DNA of 64,000 bases from Felis catus. Its lineage: Eukaryota. A program made the translations under genes and the position numbers. The DNA lies in contig NC_058368.1 in assembly GCF_018350175.1 (NCBI RefSeq), positions 203,424,001 to 203,488,000 of the forward strand, given 5' to 3'. Positions 25,029 through 38,565 of the stretch are shown one piece after another. The notes beneath the pieces are model-generated. The model was not told the origin of the DNA, did not search any database, and was given only the letters and a program-made list of their open reading frames with translations. Position 1 is the stretch's first letter; each line of letters begins with the position of its first letter.

Positions 25029-25486
25029 TAAGTTTTTACATTTTAATTAAAAAATTAAATATGTATATCTTGGCATAGAGTTATTGACTTTAAACATATT
25101 CATTCAAATATTTGATAAGCCTACCCTATATACACACACCTCATCAGAATAGGCTAAGAAAAAAGTCTACATTCCCTTTTGCTATAAAAGCTCATAATCT
25201 ATCTCAGGAAAAGAGACATAAGATTCAAGAAAAGCTGGATGATAATAAAGTAGTTGTTATAAGAAATTCCATAAAACAGTATTTGTTAAAGAGCAAATTA
25301 GTGGCAAGACAATATTAATAAATGGATTCAGAGACAGGAGACATCATGGTTAGAAAAGTCTGCGTGGAGCAGCTGATGAGCCAGGTTAATGCGAATTGCT
25401 CAAACTGATGCAAAACGTGAATCACCGCATAAGCCAGAGGAAAAGTTTTCAGAAAAACATACAATAACACCCTAGATGTATATGTG

Positions 25487-25487
<1 letters not shown>

Positions 25488-25524
<37 letters not shown>
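25488..25524. repeat. (CA)n microsatellite
   Basis: Seen directly in the sequence. Confidence 0.95.
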
Positions 25525-25525
<1 letters not shown>

Positions 25526-25689
25526 GAAGCTTTTTTAGGATAAGTTATATAAATCACCAAACACAGTGCCTGACCTGTCATCAAACAGATAATAATTGTT
25601 ACTTCCTATTGCAGAAGCCATGAATTTGTAGCTCATCAGACAAATTAAATCCACATACACATTTTCTTTAGCCACAGCTTTTTCTCCCC

Positions 25690-25960
25690 ATAACCCATAA
25701 GCCAGCTTTTAAATAGTGGAGGATTTCATAATTAAAAAAAAAAAATCTGAGTCTCTGGTCTCTCTTGAAAAGTCCTAAAGACTTGCTATAACTGAGCCTG
25801 CATTTCCTTAACACCAACCTACTGGGACTGAATTGTTGCAGCTGCTTCCTTTAAACTTGACCCCAATCACTAAGGTCTCCAACAACACAGTCAGTGCTCA
25901 CAGATGTACTTAAACCCAGTGCATACACCGGCTACTGCCTTGTTGAGTTTGGTATTTGCA
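25690..25960 (+). mobile_element. hAT-Charlie DNA transposon relic (MER102-like)
   Basis: 'aaaatctgagtctctggtctctcttgaaaagtcc…gacttgctataactgagcctgcatttcc…gcagctgcttcctttaaac' resembles MER102. Confidence 0.5.
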
Positions 25961-27626
25961 ACCCCCCCCCACCACCACCAAACCCTGGAAGAAAGCTCCG
26001 TTTGCTCCGGTCTCCTGGGGAACCCATCAAGAAAGCACCTGGGTCAGGCTGGGAGGCGAGTGATCAGGGAAGCTTTGGAGGGAAAAAAATACCAAAAGGC
26101 ATCTTCCCTTGTCTCCTCCTGGCTAATACCTTCCAGAGTAGACTGATGAGACGACTTAAGGCTTTTCTCACCACTTAAAGTTCTGAAGGGCTAAAAACGA
26201 GGCCCAGTGAAAAGATTCGCTGGTTCTAATCTATTTTGGGGGGGGGGGGAGGGGGGTTACCTTTCTATTGCCATTTGGTCCCCTCACAAAAGAAGCAGTT
26301 AGGAATTGAGTGCAGAAGTCCTGGTGAGGAAAAAAATGAGTGGCTATTTAGAGGGAATGTACTTAGGCATCTCTTCCAAATCTAATTGGAGTAATAAGCA
26401 GCTAAACAAGCTGCAAAGCAGGGACCAAGACAGCCATTCCAATTCCCTCTCTGCTATAGGGTATGCCTTAGGTGCACTGAAGGGATTCTATAGCCTAAAT
26501 AATACTGGGCAACCCTATTTTCCTTGAAAAGCTTAGTCAATATATGCATATATTTGTCCCAAATGTCAAGATTCACTTTAGAGTTGGCCATGTAAAAGAA
26601 CATCCCCAAAATAATAAAAATCATTTCTGTGACTAAAAAGACTAGAAAATTCCATGGAATTTTAAAAATAAGCAACAGCAATCCAGAGCTGCCATGTGGG
26701 AGATTCAACGGCGAGAGCAGAATCAGAATGAAGCACGTCTAGCAGCAGAATGAATAATTCAGATCTGGTATTGAGCCCATGCAGTTGTTCATATAAGTAT
26801 TCTTGGGAGACAGAAGGAAAGCTAGATGCAGCAAATTAGTGAATAAACAAGAGTATAACTGGAACATTAGGCTGTCATAGCCTGCCACGATCAATTTTTA
26901 TGGAGGAAAGAAACTGTGTTTTTGGTTTCGCCACTCATGTGACACAGTAAAACCCTAACTTAACCAGACAGGTGAATGTAATGGCCCCTGTCTGGTTCAG
27001 CCAAGTCTTCAGATATTTTCTCTCTCATTCAAAGATGATACCATACAGTACTTTTAGCATTAAGAATTGTCAGAATATTGTAAGAGGGGGCATTTGCTAG
27101 CAAGTTTCTTAACCCTTTTATGCCCCCCAGTTCTGCATTTCTCAAATGAAGAAAATAGTCCCAATTCGTGTGGTTGGTTATCATGTACTTAGTGGGGAGT
27201 CTAACTCATAGTAAAGGTGCAACATCACAATTATTGTTGTTCATATAGCACTCCACCAAAAAATAATACTTCTAAAATTTTTTAAACTGGAAATTGTGTA
27301 TTCACATAGTAATTTAAGGTATTATAGAATTTTTTTCTCTCTCAAAGAGCAGAGTAAATAGCATTATCCTTATTTTATATGTAAGAAGTCTGAGGTGGGG
27401 ATATTTGAGTGACCTAACCAAGAAAAGTACAGGGCCATGGTGGAGCACAAACCAAAGCCTGGGGCTCCCCTCACAATTCTGTGGTGCCTAGTCTTTCTCT
27501 GTGTAATCAAATAAGGACCAAAAAGAAAGGGTCTCCAAGACACTAACACAGAAAAAATAAAACTCCATGTGGTTACCTATACCACAGTTTTGTTCTAAGA
27601 AAGTGAACAGAAAACAGAAAAATTAC

Positions 27627-27703
27627 CTCTGAACTGAAATGCTCATTGATAGATGTGCTGCATTTTAATAAAGCATCATTTACTTGCTTACATACAGGAT
27701 GCT
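27627..27703 (-). other. Candidate coding exon (unconfirmed)
   Basis: gtcttcag|AG…TCAGAG|gtaatt, 77 nt. Only one frame is open (phase 1 to 0): HPVCKQVNDALLKCSTSINEHFSSE. Confidence 0.22.
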
Positions 27704-28200
27704 CTGAAGACAATCTTATAAGTAACCAGTTTTAGGCAGTGAACGATTTAACCCTGTTTCACAAAGCCCTCTTTCCAAGCACCATGATGATTGTGATATC
27801 AGTGTACAACTTCCACCTTTGTGACAACTCATGAAGTTACTTTGTTCAGTTTCTTTCTGGAAGGAATGAGAACAATATTGTGGCCATTTTGGAATTTTAT
27901 GTGAATTATGGGTGAATTAAAGTACTTATGCTTCTCCATGGAATATTCCTGCATTAAGATGCCAACTATTAACATGTCATACTCCATTCCTCATTCCCCA
28001 AACTGACATTGGGCAAATTCTAAATACAGACAAAGCTAATAACATGGCTCCATTAAACAAATACTATAATTTTGGGATCCATAACATATGCTACTATAAA
28101 CATGGTTTCTACCTCCAAATTCTTCTTTTTAGGTATGTAAAAATTCATAAAAGTTCTTAGAGCTTAGCATATTATCAAACACATTCACAAATATTTCCAT

Positions 28201-28396
28201 GGGCGCTTGGGTGGCTCAGTTGGGTAAGCATTCAATTCTGGATTTCGGCTCAGGTCGTGATCTCTTGGTTCGTGGGATCCAGCCCTGTGTCAGGCTCTGT
28301 GCTGACAGTGTGGAGCCTGCTTGACATTCTCTCTCTTCCTCTCTCTCTCTACCCCTCCCATGCTCATGTTCTCTCTCTCTCAAAAATTAAAAAAAT
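28201..28396 (+). mobile_element. Can-SINE
   Basis: SINE body with TSD caaatatttc. Confidence 0.92.
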
Positions 28397-28728
28397 TCAA
28401 ATATTTCTATAAGTATTCAAAACCATTGCTTAAGAACAATGCACTGTAAATTAAAATGTACAGGTCACATGGATTTCTCCCCACTTATTATATTCAGACT
28501 GTTTTTCCTTAGAAATATGTACTTGGAGCTTTTATTACATGCAATAGCAATATCAGAGAGTACCTGCCATTGTTCTACAGCTATTGATTCCTGACTGTTT
28601 AAATTAGAATGCATTATCTCAAAGTAAGTATTAGTTTATTTTCTCTTTTAATAAATTAAATACCCATGATATTGGTGACTGCATTACCAAGAGGAAATCC
28701 AAACTTTAGTTCTTGAAAAAAAATTTTT

Positions 28729-28946
28729 TTTAATTTTTTTTTTCAACATTTATTCATTTTTGGGACAGAGAGAGACACAGCATGAACGGGGGAGGGGCAG
28801 AGAGAGAGGGAGACACAGAATCGGAAACAGGCTCCAGGCTCTGAGCCATCAGCCCAGAGCCTGACGCGGGGCTCGAACTCCCGGACCGCGAGATCGTGAC
28901 CTGGCTGAAGTCGGTCGCTTAACCGACTGTGCCACCCAGGTGCCCC
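28729..28946 (-). mobile_element. Young feline SINEC_Fc, most recent insertion of a nested trio
   Basis: Near-consensus, with TSD gaaaaaaa(a)ttttt. Confidence 0.95.
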
Positions 28947-28954
28947 GAAAAAAA

Positions 28955-29007
28955 TTTTTAATGTTTATTTGAGAAGGAGAGAGAGAAGGAAAGCATTGAA
29001 GGAACAG

Positions 29008-29054
<47 letters not shown>

Positions 29055-29175
29055 CCAAGTAGGCTCCACACTGTCAGTGCAGAGCCTGACATAGGGCTCA
29101 AACTCATGAACCATGAGATCATGACCTAAGCTGATATTAAGAGCCATTTAAAGGACTGGGCCACCCAGGTGCCCC
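28955..29175 (-). mobile_element. Can-SINE, middle of a nested trio
   Basis: Body with (GA)n tract, flanked by aaaaaaattttt. Confidence 0.9.
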
Positions 29176-29183
29176 TAAAAAAA

Positions 29184-29260
29184 ATTTTTTTTGAATATTT
29201 ATTTATCTTAAGAGAGAGAGAAAGAAAGCATGGAAGGAGCAAAGAGAGAAGGAGAGAGAG
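29184..29260 (-). mobile_element. 5'-truncated Can-SINE, oldest of a nested trio
   Basis: Only the tail and the 'gagagag…gcatggaagg…gagagag' end remain. Outer TSD ccaaactt(t/c)agttctt at 28699-28714 and 29261-29276. Confidence 0.8.
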
Positions 29261-29604
29261 CCAAACTTCAGTTCTTATATACCACTGTGACTTAATTTTC
29301 AGTGGAGACTTGAAAAAAATTGATGTTTTAGAAAATATGTTGAGGTTTGAAATTCTGGTCCTATAGTTTTAGATAGCATATGACTTCAGTCCTACTTAAT
29401 TTTTTTTTTTTAGTTATAGCTTAAATTATATCATGACATTTCTATTATTTAAATTTAAAAAACAAATATATAAGAAAAAATTTCAGACATTAAAGTAAAA
29501 TTCAATTTTTATATTTTAATTTGGTAGCAGTTTCTGTTTTTTAAAAAGTGGAGTGCTATACAGTTGTATTTTCTTTGAAATACTTCTAAAATTAAAAAAA
29601 TATA

Positions 29605-29830
29605 GGGCGCCTGGGTGGTTCAGTCGGTTAAGATCCAACTTTGGCTCAGGTCATGATCTTATGGTCTGTGAGTTTGAGCCCCACATCGGGCTCTGTGCTG
29701 CCAGCTCAGAGCCTGGAGCCTGCTTCAGATTCTATGTCTCCCTCTCTCTCTGCTTCTCCCCCACTCATGCTCTATCTCTCTCTGTCTCTCAAAAATAAAT
29801 AAAAGTTAAAAAAAAATTTTTAAAGAAAAA
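29605..29830 (+). mobile_element. Can-SINE
   Basis: SINE body and tail. Confidence 0.92.
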
Positions 29831-31509
29831 ATTTTCAGTACACTTGCTCTTTATTCTGCCTCCTGCTCTTATTGGAATGTTTTTGTTATCTTCAATGATA
29901 ATCAACAGCTGTACATTCTCACAGAACTTATTAGCAGCTGTGAAATGCTACTGTCCTAAATAGCAGCATTTGTTGGTGACTATTGAGATGTGATTACTGT
30001 GACAATGAAATTCACAGGATTCAGTCTTCAGTCAACATTTACTTGAATCTACTACTTGCCAACACTGAATTCACCAACACTAACAAAGATTAATCTAATT
30101 GAAGACATAGAACTTAGGTGCTAAATTACTTTTGCTGCATACCAATAGGGACAAATTAATGCCATATAAACTGAGTATTTAGGTCTGAGGATGACCATAC
30201 AGAAGAGTGAAATAATCCAAAGGAGACTCCCATGTGGACCAGGAGAAGGGAATGGTGGTGAACCAAGGGCATCTGGAGATTAATTAGCCTTAGGAAAGTA
30301 GTACAGAAAGTATCAACAATAAGACTGAAAAATAATAATGAAGCACACACACTCTGATGCATCTGGTACCTTATCTTCTTACATGTTTGCAAACCAAGAG
30401 AGAGGATGCATCCCAGTAAGTCATTTCTTGGACAGGAAAATGTCTAAATGGAAATAGAAATACCATACATAATCTCAGATTTGAAGTAGATTGAGCCATA
30501 AAATAATAACATCTAAAAATAATTAAAGGTCACGGCTAACATCATAGTCAATAATGAATGACTGAAAGCTTTTCCTCCACGATCAGGATCAAGGCAAAGA
30601 TGCTCACTTTTGTCATTTGTATTCAACACAGTACTAGAAGTCCTAGCCAGGGCAATTAGTCAAGAAAAAGAAATACTAGGTATCCAAATTGAAAAGTAAG
30701 CAGTAAAATATTCTCTGTTCTCAGATGAGATGTAGAAAACTCTCAAAATTCCACACACCAAACAAACAAACAAAAAGCTGTTAGAACTAATAAATGAATT
30801 CAGCAAAGTTGCAGCATAAAAATCAATACACAAAAATCGTCTGCATTTTTATATACTAACAACGAACAATACAAAAGTTAAGAAAATAATTCCATTTATA
30901 GTAGTATCAAAAAGAATAAAGTATTTAGGAATAAATTTAACCAAATAGGTGAAAGACTTATATACTTCAAACCACAAAGCATGGCTGAAAGAAACTTTAA
31001 AAGACGCAAATAAATGGAAAAAACATCCCATATTTATGAATTGGAAGGCTTAATACTGTTAAGATGTCTATATTATCCAAAGCAAAATCTATAGATTCAG
31101 TGTAATCCCTATAAAAATCCCAGTGACATTTTTTTGCCAAAATAGAAAAACCCGGCTTAAATTCATATGGACTCTCAAGGGACCCTGAATAACCAGAACA
31201 ATCTTGAAAAGTAGGAACAAAGTTGGCTGTCTCACAGTCCCTGATTTCAAAACTTGCTATAAAGCTACTGTAATCAAAACAGTGCAGAACTGGCATACAG
31301 ATATGTAGACCCATGGAAGAAAGCTCAGAAATAAACCTTTACATATATGGTCAAATGATTTTGAACAAGGGTACTGAGACCGTACAATGGCTAAAGGATG
31401 ATCTTTTCAACCAACAGTGTTGGGAAAACTGGAAATCCATACATGAAGGAAAACAGCTGGATACTTACATTTACCATATACAAAAATTAAGTTGAAAAAT
31501 GGATCAAAG

Positions 31510-31727
31510 GGGGCGCCTGGGTGGCGCAGTCGGTTAAGCGTCCGACTTCAGCCAGGTCACGATCTCGCGGTCCGGGAGTTCGAGCCCCGCGTCAGGCTCT
31601 GGGCTGATGGCTCAGAGCCTGGAGCCTGTTTCCCATTCTGTGTCTCCCTCTCTCTCTGCCCCTCCCCTGTTCATGCTCTGTCTCTCTCTGTCCCAAAAAT
31701 AAATAAACGTTGAAAAAAAAATTTTTA
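31510..31727 (+). mobile_element. Young feline SINEC_Fc inside an L1
   Basis: Near-consensus, with TSD aaaatggatcaaag. Confidence 0.95.
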
Positions 31728-31903
31728 AAAAAATGGATCAAAGGCCTAACAGTAAAAATCAAAACTATAAAAAACTCTTAGAATAAAACAAGGAGAAAAG
31801 CTTAATAGCATTGGATTTGGCAATGATTTTTGGGTATGACACCAAAATCATTGGCAATAAAAAATAAATTTGACTTCATCAAAAATTAAAAATGTGTGCA
31901 TTA

Positions 31904-31994
31904 GGGGTGCCTGGGTGGCTCAGTGGATTAAGCATTTGACTCTTGATTTCAGCTCACGTCACGATCTCAGGATCATGAAATCAACCCCTGTGTA

Positions 31995-32050
<56 letters not shown>

Positions 32051-32128
32051 TGTGCACGTAGACTCTCTCACTGCCCTTCCCCTGCTTGCACACATGCACG
32101 CTCTCTCTCTCTCAAAAAAAAAAAATTT
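31904..32128 (+). mobile_element. Can-SINE inside an L1
   Basis: Head, (CT)n tract and tail. TSD tgtgcatta. Confidence 0.88.
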
Positions 32129-33549
32129 AAAATTTGTGCATTAAAGAACAGTATTAACAAAGTGAAAAGGCAACCCATGGGATGGGCGAACATATCTGCA
32201 AATCATATATCTGATAAGGGGTTAATATCCAGAATATAAGAACTCCTACAATGCAACAAAAAAGACTTTTTTAAGTGACCAAAGGACTTGAATACACATT
32301 TCTGCATAAAGAGATATACAAATGACCAATAAGCACATGAAAAGATTCTCAATGTCACTAGTCATTAGAGAAATGCAAATCAAAACCACAAGGATATACC
32401 ACCTCACACCCACTAGGATGGCTATTATAAAGAAAATAATAAATATCGGTGAAGAAGTGAAATTGAAACTTCTGTGGATTGCTGGTGGGAATGAAGAATG
32501 GTGCAGCTGCTATGGAAAACAGTATGGCAGTTCCTGAACAAAATTAATAATAGAATTACCACAAGATCCAGCAGTTCCATTTTTTAGTATATATGCAAGA
32601 GAACTAGAAACAGGGACTTGAACAGATATGTCTACCCCCATGTTTACAGCAGCATTATTCACATAAGTCAAAAGGTGCAATCAGCCCAAGTGTCCGTCAG
32701 CTAATGAATAAACAAAATGTGGCATTATACTGCACTCTAATATTAGTCTTAAAAAGGAAGAAAATTCTGCCACAGGTTACAACACGGATGAACATTAAAT
32801 ACATCATGCCAAGTGAAATAAGCCAGTCACAGAAAAGACAAATACTGTATGAGTCCCCCAAACGAAGTACCTAGAGTAGTCAGAATCATAAGGACAGAAA
32901 GTAGAATGGTGGTGGTCAGGGGCTAGAGGCAAAGGGGATGGGGATTTAGCATTTAATGAGGATAGTGTTTCAGTTTGGGAAGATGAAAGAACTTCTGAGG
33001 ATGAATGGTGGTGATGATTACACAACAAAGTGAATGTGCTTAAACCCACCAAACTATACATTTAAAAATGTTTATATTGTATGCTTATGTAATGCACTTT
33101 TTATCATAATAAAAAAGACAATAAAATAATCAAAACTAGAAAAGGTAGCATCTATAGGAGAAAAATGAAGGAAATCACCATTGTTTTGTCTTGATAAAAG
33201 AAAGCGATTCTTGCCATCAGATAAACAGCTTTTTTAAAGGGATTTAATTTACACATTGCAAATGGAGAAGTTAAAAAAAAAAGAAACAAAGGAAACCCTA
33301 AAGTAACCCTAAAATCCTAAAGTAACGTCAGTGTGTTGGTAAATATAAAAGATTTTCACCTTGACAATGAGTGTTAAATGAAATACATAAAATAATACAA
33401 TAGGAGAAAATATAACAGAAAGCAGAAGATGGATTTAAGTTAGATCAAATGAAGTAATGCATCTAAGCAGAAAATGAATAGGGAAAGGAAGAAGAATCTT
33501 AAGGTGAGGGGACTTCCACAGGACTTCTGCTAAGGATATGGGCTTGTCA

Positions 33550-33762
33550 GGGCATCTGCGTGGCTCAGTCAGTGGAGCTTCTGACTTTGGCTCAGGTCAT
33601 GATCTCATAGATCGTGGGTTTGAGCCCTGCACTGGGCTCTGTGCTAACAGTTCAGAGCCTGAAGCCTGCTTTGGATTCTCTGTCTCCTTCTCTCTCTGCC
33701 CCTCCCCTCCTCGCTCTCTCTCTCTTTTAAAAATAAATAAACATAAAAAAAATTTTAAAGAA
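33550..33762 (+). mobile_element. Can-SINE
   Basis: SINE body flanked by tgggcttg. Confidence 0.9.
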
Positions 33763-34011
33763 GTGGGCTTGAACCCATAGCCATCTTGAAACTGTGCCTT
33801 AATGCTAGTTTTAAGAGTAGGCTTTATTCATGATTTGGATAAACTGTATCCTTCATTGGTTCTCCAATATACCCCCAACTAGAAGGACAATATAAACATA
33901 ATGGAAACATTAATGGCTAGAAATGAAAGGGTGCGGAATCCAGGCTATATCGTGTCCCCAGTTTCCTAATTTGGGGCACGTCATTTAAACTTCCTGGGTT
34001 TCAGGTCAGTT

Positions 34012-34012
34012 T

Positions 34013-34060
<48 letters not shown>

Positions 34061-34134
34061 TTGTAAATTTTAGAGAGAGGAAGCATGAAGGGGGGAGAGG
34101 GGCAGAGGGAGAGAGAGAGAGAGAGAGAGAAAGG

Positions 34135-34184
<50 letters not shown>

Positions 34185-34306
34185 CTCAAGCAGGCTCCAT
34201 GCTCAGCATGGAGCCTGACACAGCACTTGTTCCCACAAATCTGGGATCAGGACCTGAGCTGAAATCAAGAGTCAGATACTTAACCCCTGAGCTACCCAGG
34301 TGCCCC
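34012..34306 (-). mobile_element. Can-SINE with a (TTTC)n tail and (GA)n tract
   Basis: TSD tcagttttctt at 34006-34016 and 34307-34317. Confidence 0.9.
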
Positions 34307-35224
34307 TCAGTTTTCTTATTCATAAATAAAAATGTTGGATTAAAGAAGACTCCTTCCTGATTCCCCATTTTGTGATTTTATGTGGCTTCAAATCTCTTTG
34401 GCAGGGAATAAAAAAAAAAGGCTTTCAATGCAAAAATTGGCACAAACAGTACTTTGACTGAAAATAATAGTTATAGTCAATCAGTATAAATGACTCATTT
34501 TCCTGCTTTGACATATAGGAAAAAGGGTGAAGGAGTAAGATATTATTCAGTTCCTCAGATGACATACAATGTTACCCACATAGTGGGGTCAGGGGAAAAT
34601 AGAATCCAAGGAGGCTGACTACCAGTTTCCCAGGCTCAACTACGTGTGGTCCTATCCATCTTCCTTATAGAAGGACAAATAGAAGCATGCACAGGAGGTA
34701 TCTGTGAAAGCAGTGGCTGTAGAGGCAAGTCTGCTGCTCATGATTTAAAAGCAGTATCACTATCAAGGGGGTTTGCTGCCAGCAGATTGGCCCATCAAGA
34801 TCCCCCAATTCCACCACCCACTTCTGGATTTGAGCATTCAAACCTGCAAACCAATTCTCCAGGGCTCAGGAAGGAAACGATTACCTGACACTTGAGAAAA
34901 CTAGTTTCGGGAAGATGCGGGACTTGGCTTGGCAGAGGAGAGAATCCAAGCAAGAGAGTGGGATTGGAGGGAGCCAGGAGAAAGGAGGGGATGAATCCTG
35001 CAGAAAAGCACAGGGACTCTGAAGAAGTAGCAAGTCTGCTCAAAGGGAAGAATTGAGACATTAACGGCAGCCTCTTCTTGTTGTGTTAGGAATTTTTTTT
35101 ATTGAAGGCTATTGAGCCATTACATATTCTTAAAAACGAATAAAAATGATTTCTCAGGAAGTTAACTAGCACCTCCAACTTGATTTTGAAAAAAAAAACT
35201 TACTTCAGAGAGATATCTTTAAAA

Positions 35225-35870
35225 TCATTTGTTGATTCAAATTTATTATGCCAATTGTTCTGCTAGATGTTAGAATAACCTGTTTGTTCTGCTCTCAAAA
35301 AGTTCACATGTCAACAGGTGCATAAACAATTATGACATTGTTTGGAATATGTAATGGGTATTATGTGAGCATTGAATGGCACCTTAACTCAACCCGAGCT
35401 GAGCAGGAAGACTTTATTGAGGAAATTACATCTGTGGTAAGTCTTCAACAAAGAAACATGATTAATCAGGGACAAGAGTAGAAAGGGTGCAAGCTGGAAA
35501 ACTCTAAGCTACAAGGGAAGCTTGAGCAATGATGTGTGAGAAGCAGCAGGTTGTAAACAATGTGGTGTTTCTGGGGCATAGTTGTATGTGTATTGTGTAT
35601 AGTGGTTCAAGACAAAAATATCGTCCCTGTGTTGTGGCAAAGAGCATGAAAATTAAATAAAGATACTGGGACAGAAGACCATGTAAAAGATGACCAATGG
35701 TAATGGCAAAGATGGAGAAGAAAGAATACATTTGAGAAATATTTGGGTGGGAAAATCCTTGGGACTTGGTAACTGAGGACAAAGAGGGGAGAAGAATTCA
35801 AGGAGATCTCTTGAGTGTCCCACTTTGGTGACTGAGTATGAGTAGATGGCAGTGCAATTAACTAAGAGTT
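35225..35870 (-). mobile_element. L2 relic
   Basis: 'cattt…ttcaaatttattatgccaattgttctgctagatg…tgttctgctctcaaaaagttcaca…ggaagactttattgagga…tttgagaaatattt' resembles reverse-strand L2. Confidence 0.55.
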
Positions 35871-36944
35871 TGAAAAAGAACAAACAAGTTGGGAGAGAAA
35901 CTACCATCAGGCCATGTCTTCAACACGAATGTACACTTGTTTGCCCCGCCAATTGCCCATCAGACACCCAGAAGGTGTATTTGCTGAGGGGGCATGAAAG
36001 ACCTAGGCAAGAAGAGAGATCCCTGGGCTCTCGATTTACAAAATGCCTCTGAAAAAACTACATTCACCTTCCCTCCCCCCACGAGGAGCAAATGTCTACT
36101 CTGAGACCCGTGCCAGAAATAAAATGAATGATAAAGCAGATATAGTGAATACCTGAAAAATAATGAAAAAAAGAAATGAAAATGAAGTCACGAGCATTAC
36201 GAGAAATATGTGGAAGACAAGAACTCTCAAAACAATCCTGCAGAATCTTGCACAATCTTTCACTTCCTCAGGCACTTCCTGCAGTGACTGGAATGTGTGT
36301 CAGGAAGAACTGCAGGCAGCACCGTGCTCTCATCTCTTACAGTCTCCTGGCAAACAAGGCATTACTCCCATCTTTACATGTAGCCACCTCCAGGGGGCAG
36401 AATATCACCCATTCCATCTCACCTCCTTCCTCCACAGACACCAGGGTTTTCAAATGGCCACATAACCGTAGACACCAGATGCTTACACTCCCAAAGGAAC
36501 TGAAGATTCTGGAGACAACACTGCGGTGGCAGTTGGCACTTTTCTGATTGGTGAAGTCTAAACCTCTCCCAGTTTACACGGGGCTCCAGGAATGTGAGGC
36601 ACTCCACCCTCTCTTGTATTTTTGTGAATGTAGGGAGCCAATTCTTTGATCACAGGTCATTCAAAGAAGGGAAGAGATAGATGGGCCCTTCTTCCCTAAA
36701 CTATCTCTTTTTCTAAAGCCAACATGTTTACAGGGCTGCTGTGGCCAACTGGGCAAAGAGCAGGACAGGGATGTATATGTGAAGGCATCGTTACCAGTTG
36801 CAGTAATCCACTAAAACAAGAACAATACCTCTTTAAGGTCTAAAATCTGCTATGATAATGGAATTTCAGTAACCAACAGAGCACTGAATAATTTTGCTCT
36901 GCCTATGCCTCACTAGTTTTTCATTTGAAGAAATTGATTCAGAA

Positions 36945-37051
36945 GCCCCTTGGGTGGCTCCAACTCTTGATTTTGGCTCAGGGTCATGACCTCATGGTTG
37001 CAAGATAGAGCCCCTTGTCAAGCTCTGTGATGGGTGTGGGGCCTGCTTAAG

Positions 37052-37096
<45 letters not shown>

Positions 37097-37165
37097 TCCT
37101 CTGCCCCCCACAGGGGTACCCCCTCTCAAAGAAACAAAATTTAAAAATAAAAAATAAAAACAAAA
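36945..37165 (+). mobile_element. Can-SINE with a deletion in its head
   Basis: 'gggtggctc|caactcttgattttggctcagg', (CT)n tract and A tail. Confidence 0.85.
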
Positions 37166-38286
37166 AGATTGGCTCAAATTTCTCATTTCCCATCAGTACT
37201 GCTTGTCATCATAATGTAAGTATTGTGTCCATTGTTTATCAATGCAACCCAGTTTGGATGCTATTTAAGCCCTACACTCCTTAATAGGTAGTAATTCTTT
37301 CAGGACTCTATAGTACTAAGCACATTCAGCAAACCAGGAACCAAATGAATTGACATAAATCATGACTTCAGATGCAAATGAGAATATGGACCACCAGCTC
37401 AGCAATATGAACATTTCTGATCAATATATAGTAATGGTTTTCATTCACACTATTAGAAATGTCAAAAATGATTTCATACATCATTGTATGAAAATCAATA
37501 CATAAAACGTTCTTGGAAGTTGTCTTTAAAGAGTAGCTCTCAACCACTGCCAATAATCCCTCTTCCATCGTATTGATGCATTTTAACAACAAGCACAGAG
37601 GATTGCTTTGGCATGAATATCTTCCTCCTACCTCTGTGTTTTTCTTATTTATAGCCTGGACCTGAATCTCATAAAAAAGATGCGGCTCTTTACTTCATGC
37701 CAATTGCTTCCCTTGGAAAGGACAGTAGAGGACTCCGGTGCTTCTGTGGCTCCAGGTAAAGGAGCACTGAGGTTGGAGAAGGGTGAGATCTTTAGAGTAG
37801 CCAAACAAGAGGCAAGGCAAGTAATGAGACAACTGAAAGAAGGGCTCACAATCACAACCTGAGGGTGAGGACCAGTGGGGGACATACAGAAATCACACAC
37901 CACCTATTACAAGCCTCCTAAGCACTAAACCAAAGCAGAAGCCAGAAATGTAACACTAACCTGCAACCAGTTACAAGAGAGGGTTTCTGTCTCTCTTCCC
38001 TTTCTGCACCTCCCTCAATAAAATATCGAAGCCTTAAATAGAGAAAAAAGAAATACCTCTGAGCCAGGCCATGGCCCCTCTTCTGAGACCCCTTAGCCAC
38101 AATCTCCATAAGTGATGGGGAGGATCTAGTCCAACTTTGATGACCAGAAGTGACCAGAAGAGTTGTGGAATCATTCAACATATTTAGACTAAATCTTAAT
38201 TTACTGTGGGTATGGGCAGGGCAGCAGTGTAGCAATGTAGTAGTTGAAAGCAATGATAAGGAAAAGATTGTTTTTGTTTTTGTTTT

Positions 38287-38289
<3 letters not shown>

Positions 38290-38333
<44 letters not shown>
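38290..38333. repeat. (AG)n microsatellite
   Basis: Seen directly in the sequence. Confidence 0.95.
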
Positions 38334-38335
<2 letters not shown>

Positions 38336-38364
38336 CTGTGTCACAATGAAGAATACTGTAACAG

Positions 38365-38565
38365 ATACCGGAGCCATGCTGCCTGGGTTATAATCCCAGC
38401 CTGCAATTTACCATGGGATCATCAACACTTTACTTAACACCTTGGTATCATAGCTTCTTCACTTTAGGAATGGCAATAATACTAGTACCTACCTCATAAA
38501 GTTGATACGAGGATAAGACAAGCTAATCTCTCTGAAGTGGGAGGCTATGCAAGCATTAGCTACCG
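38365..38565 (+). mobile_element. MIR
   Basis: 'ggagccatgctgcctgggttataatcccagc…tacttaac…aataatactagtacctacctcataaagttg'. Confidence 0.7.

Larger units (their letters stand above)
30530..33115 (+). mobile_element. L1 (L1MB/L1MA-like) ORF2 3' half and 3' UTR, degenerate, with two SINE insertions
   Basis: RT-region 'ggatcaaggcaaagatgctcact…ctagaagtcctagccagggcaattag', the peptide '[35 protein letters not shown]', and an L1MB-like 3' UTR. Confidence 0.88.
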
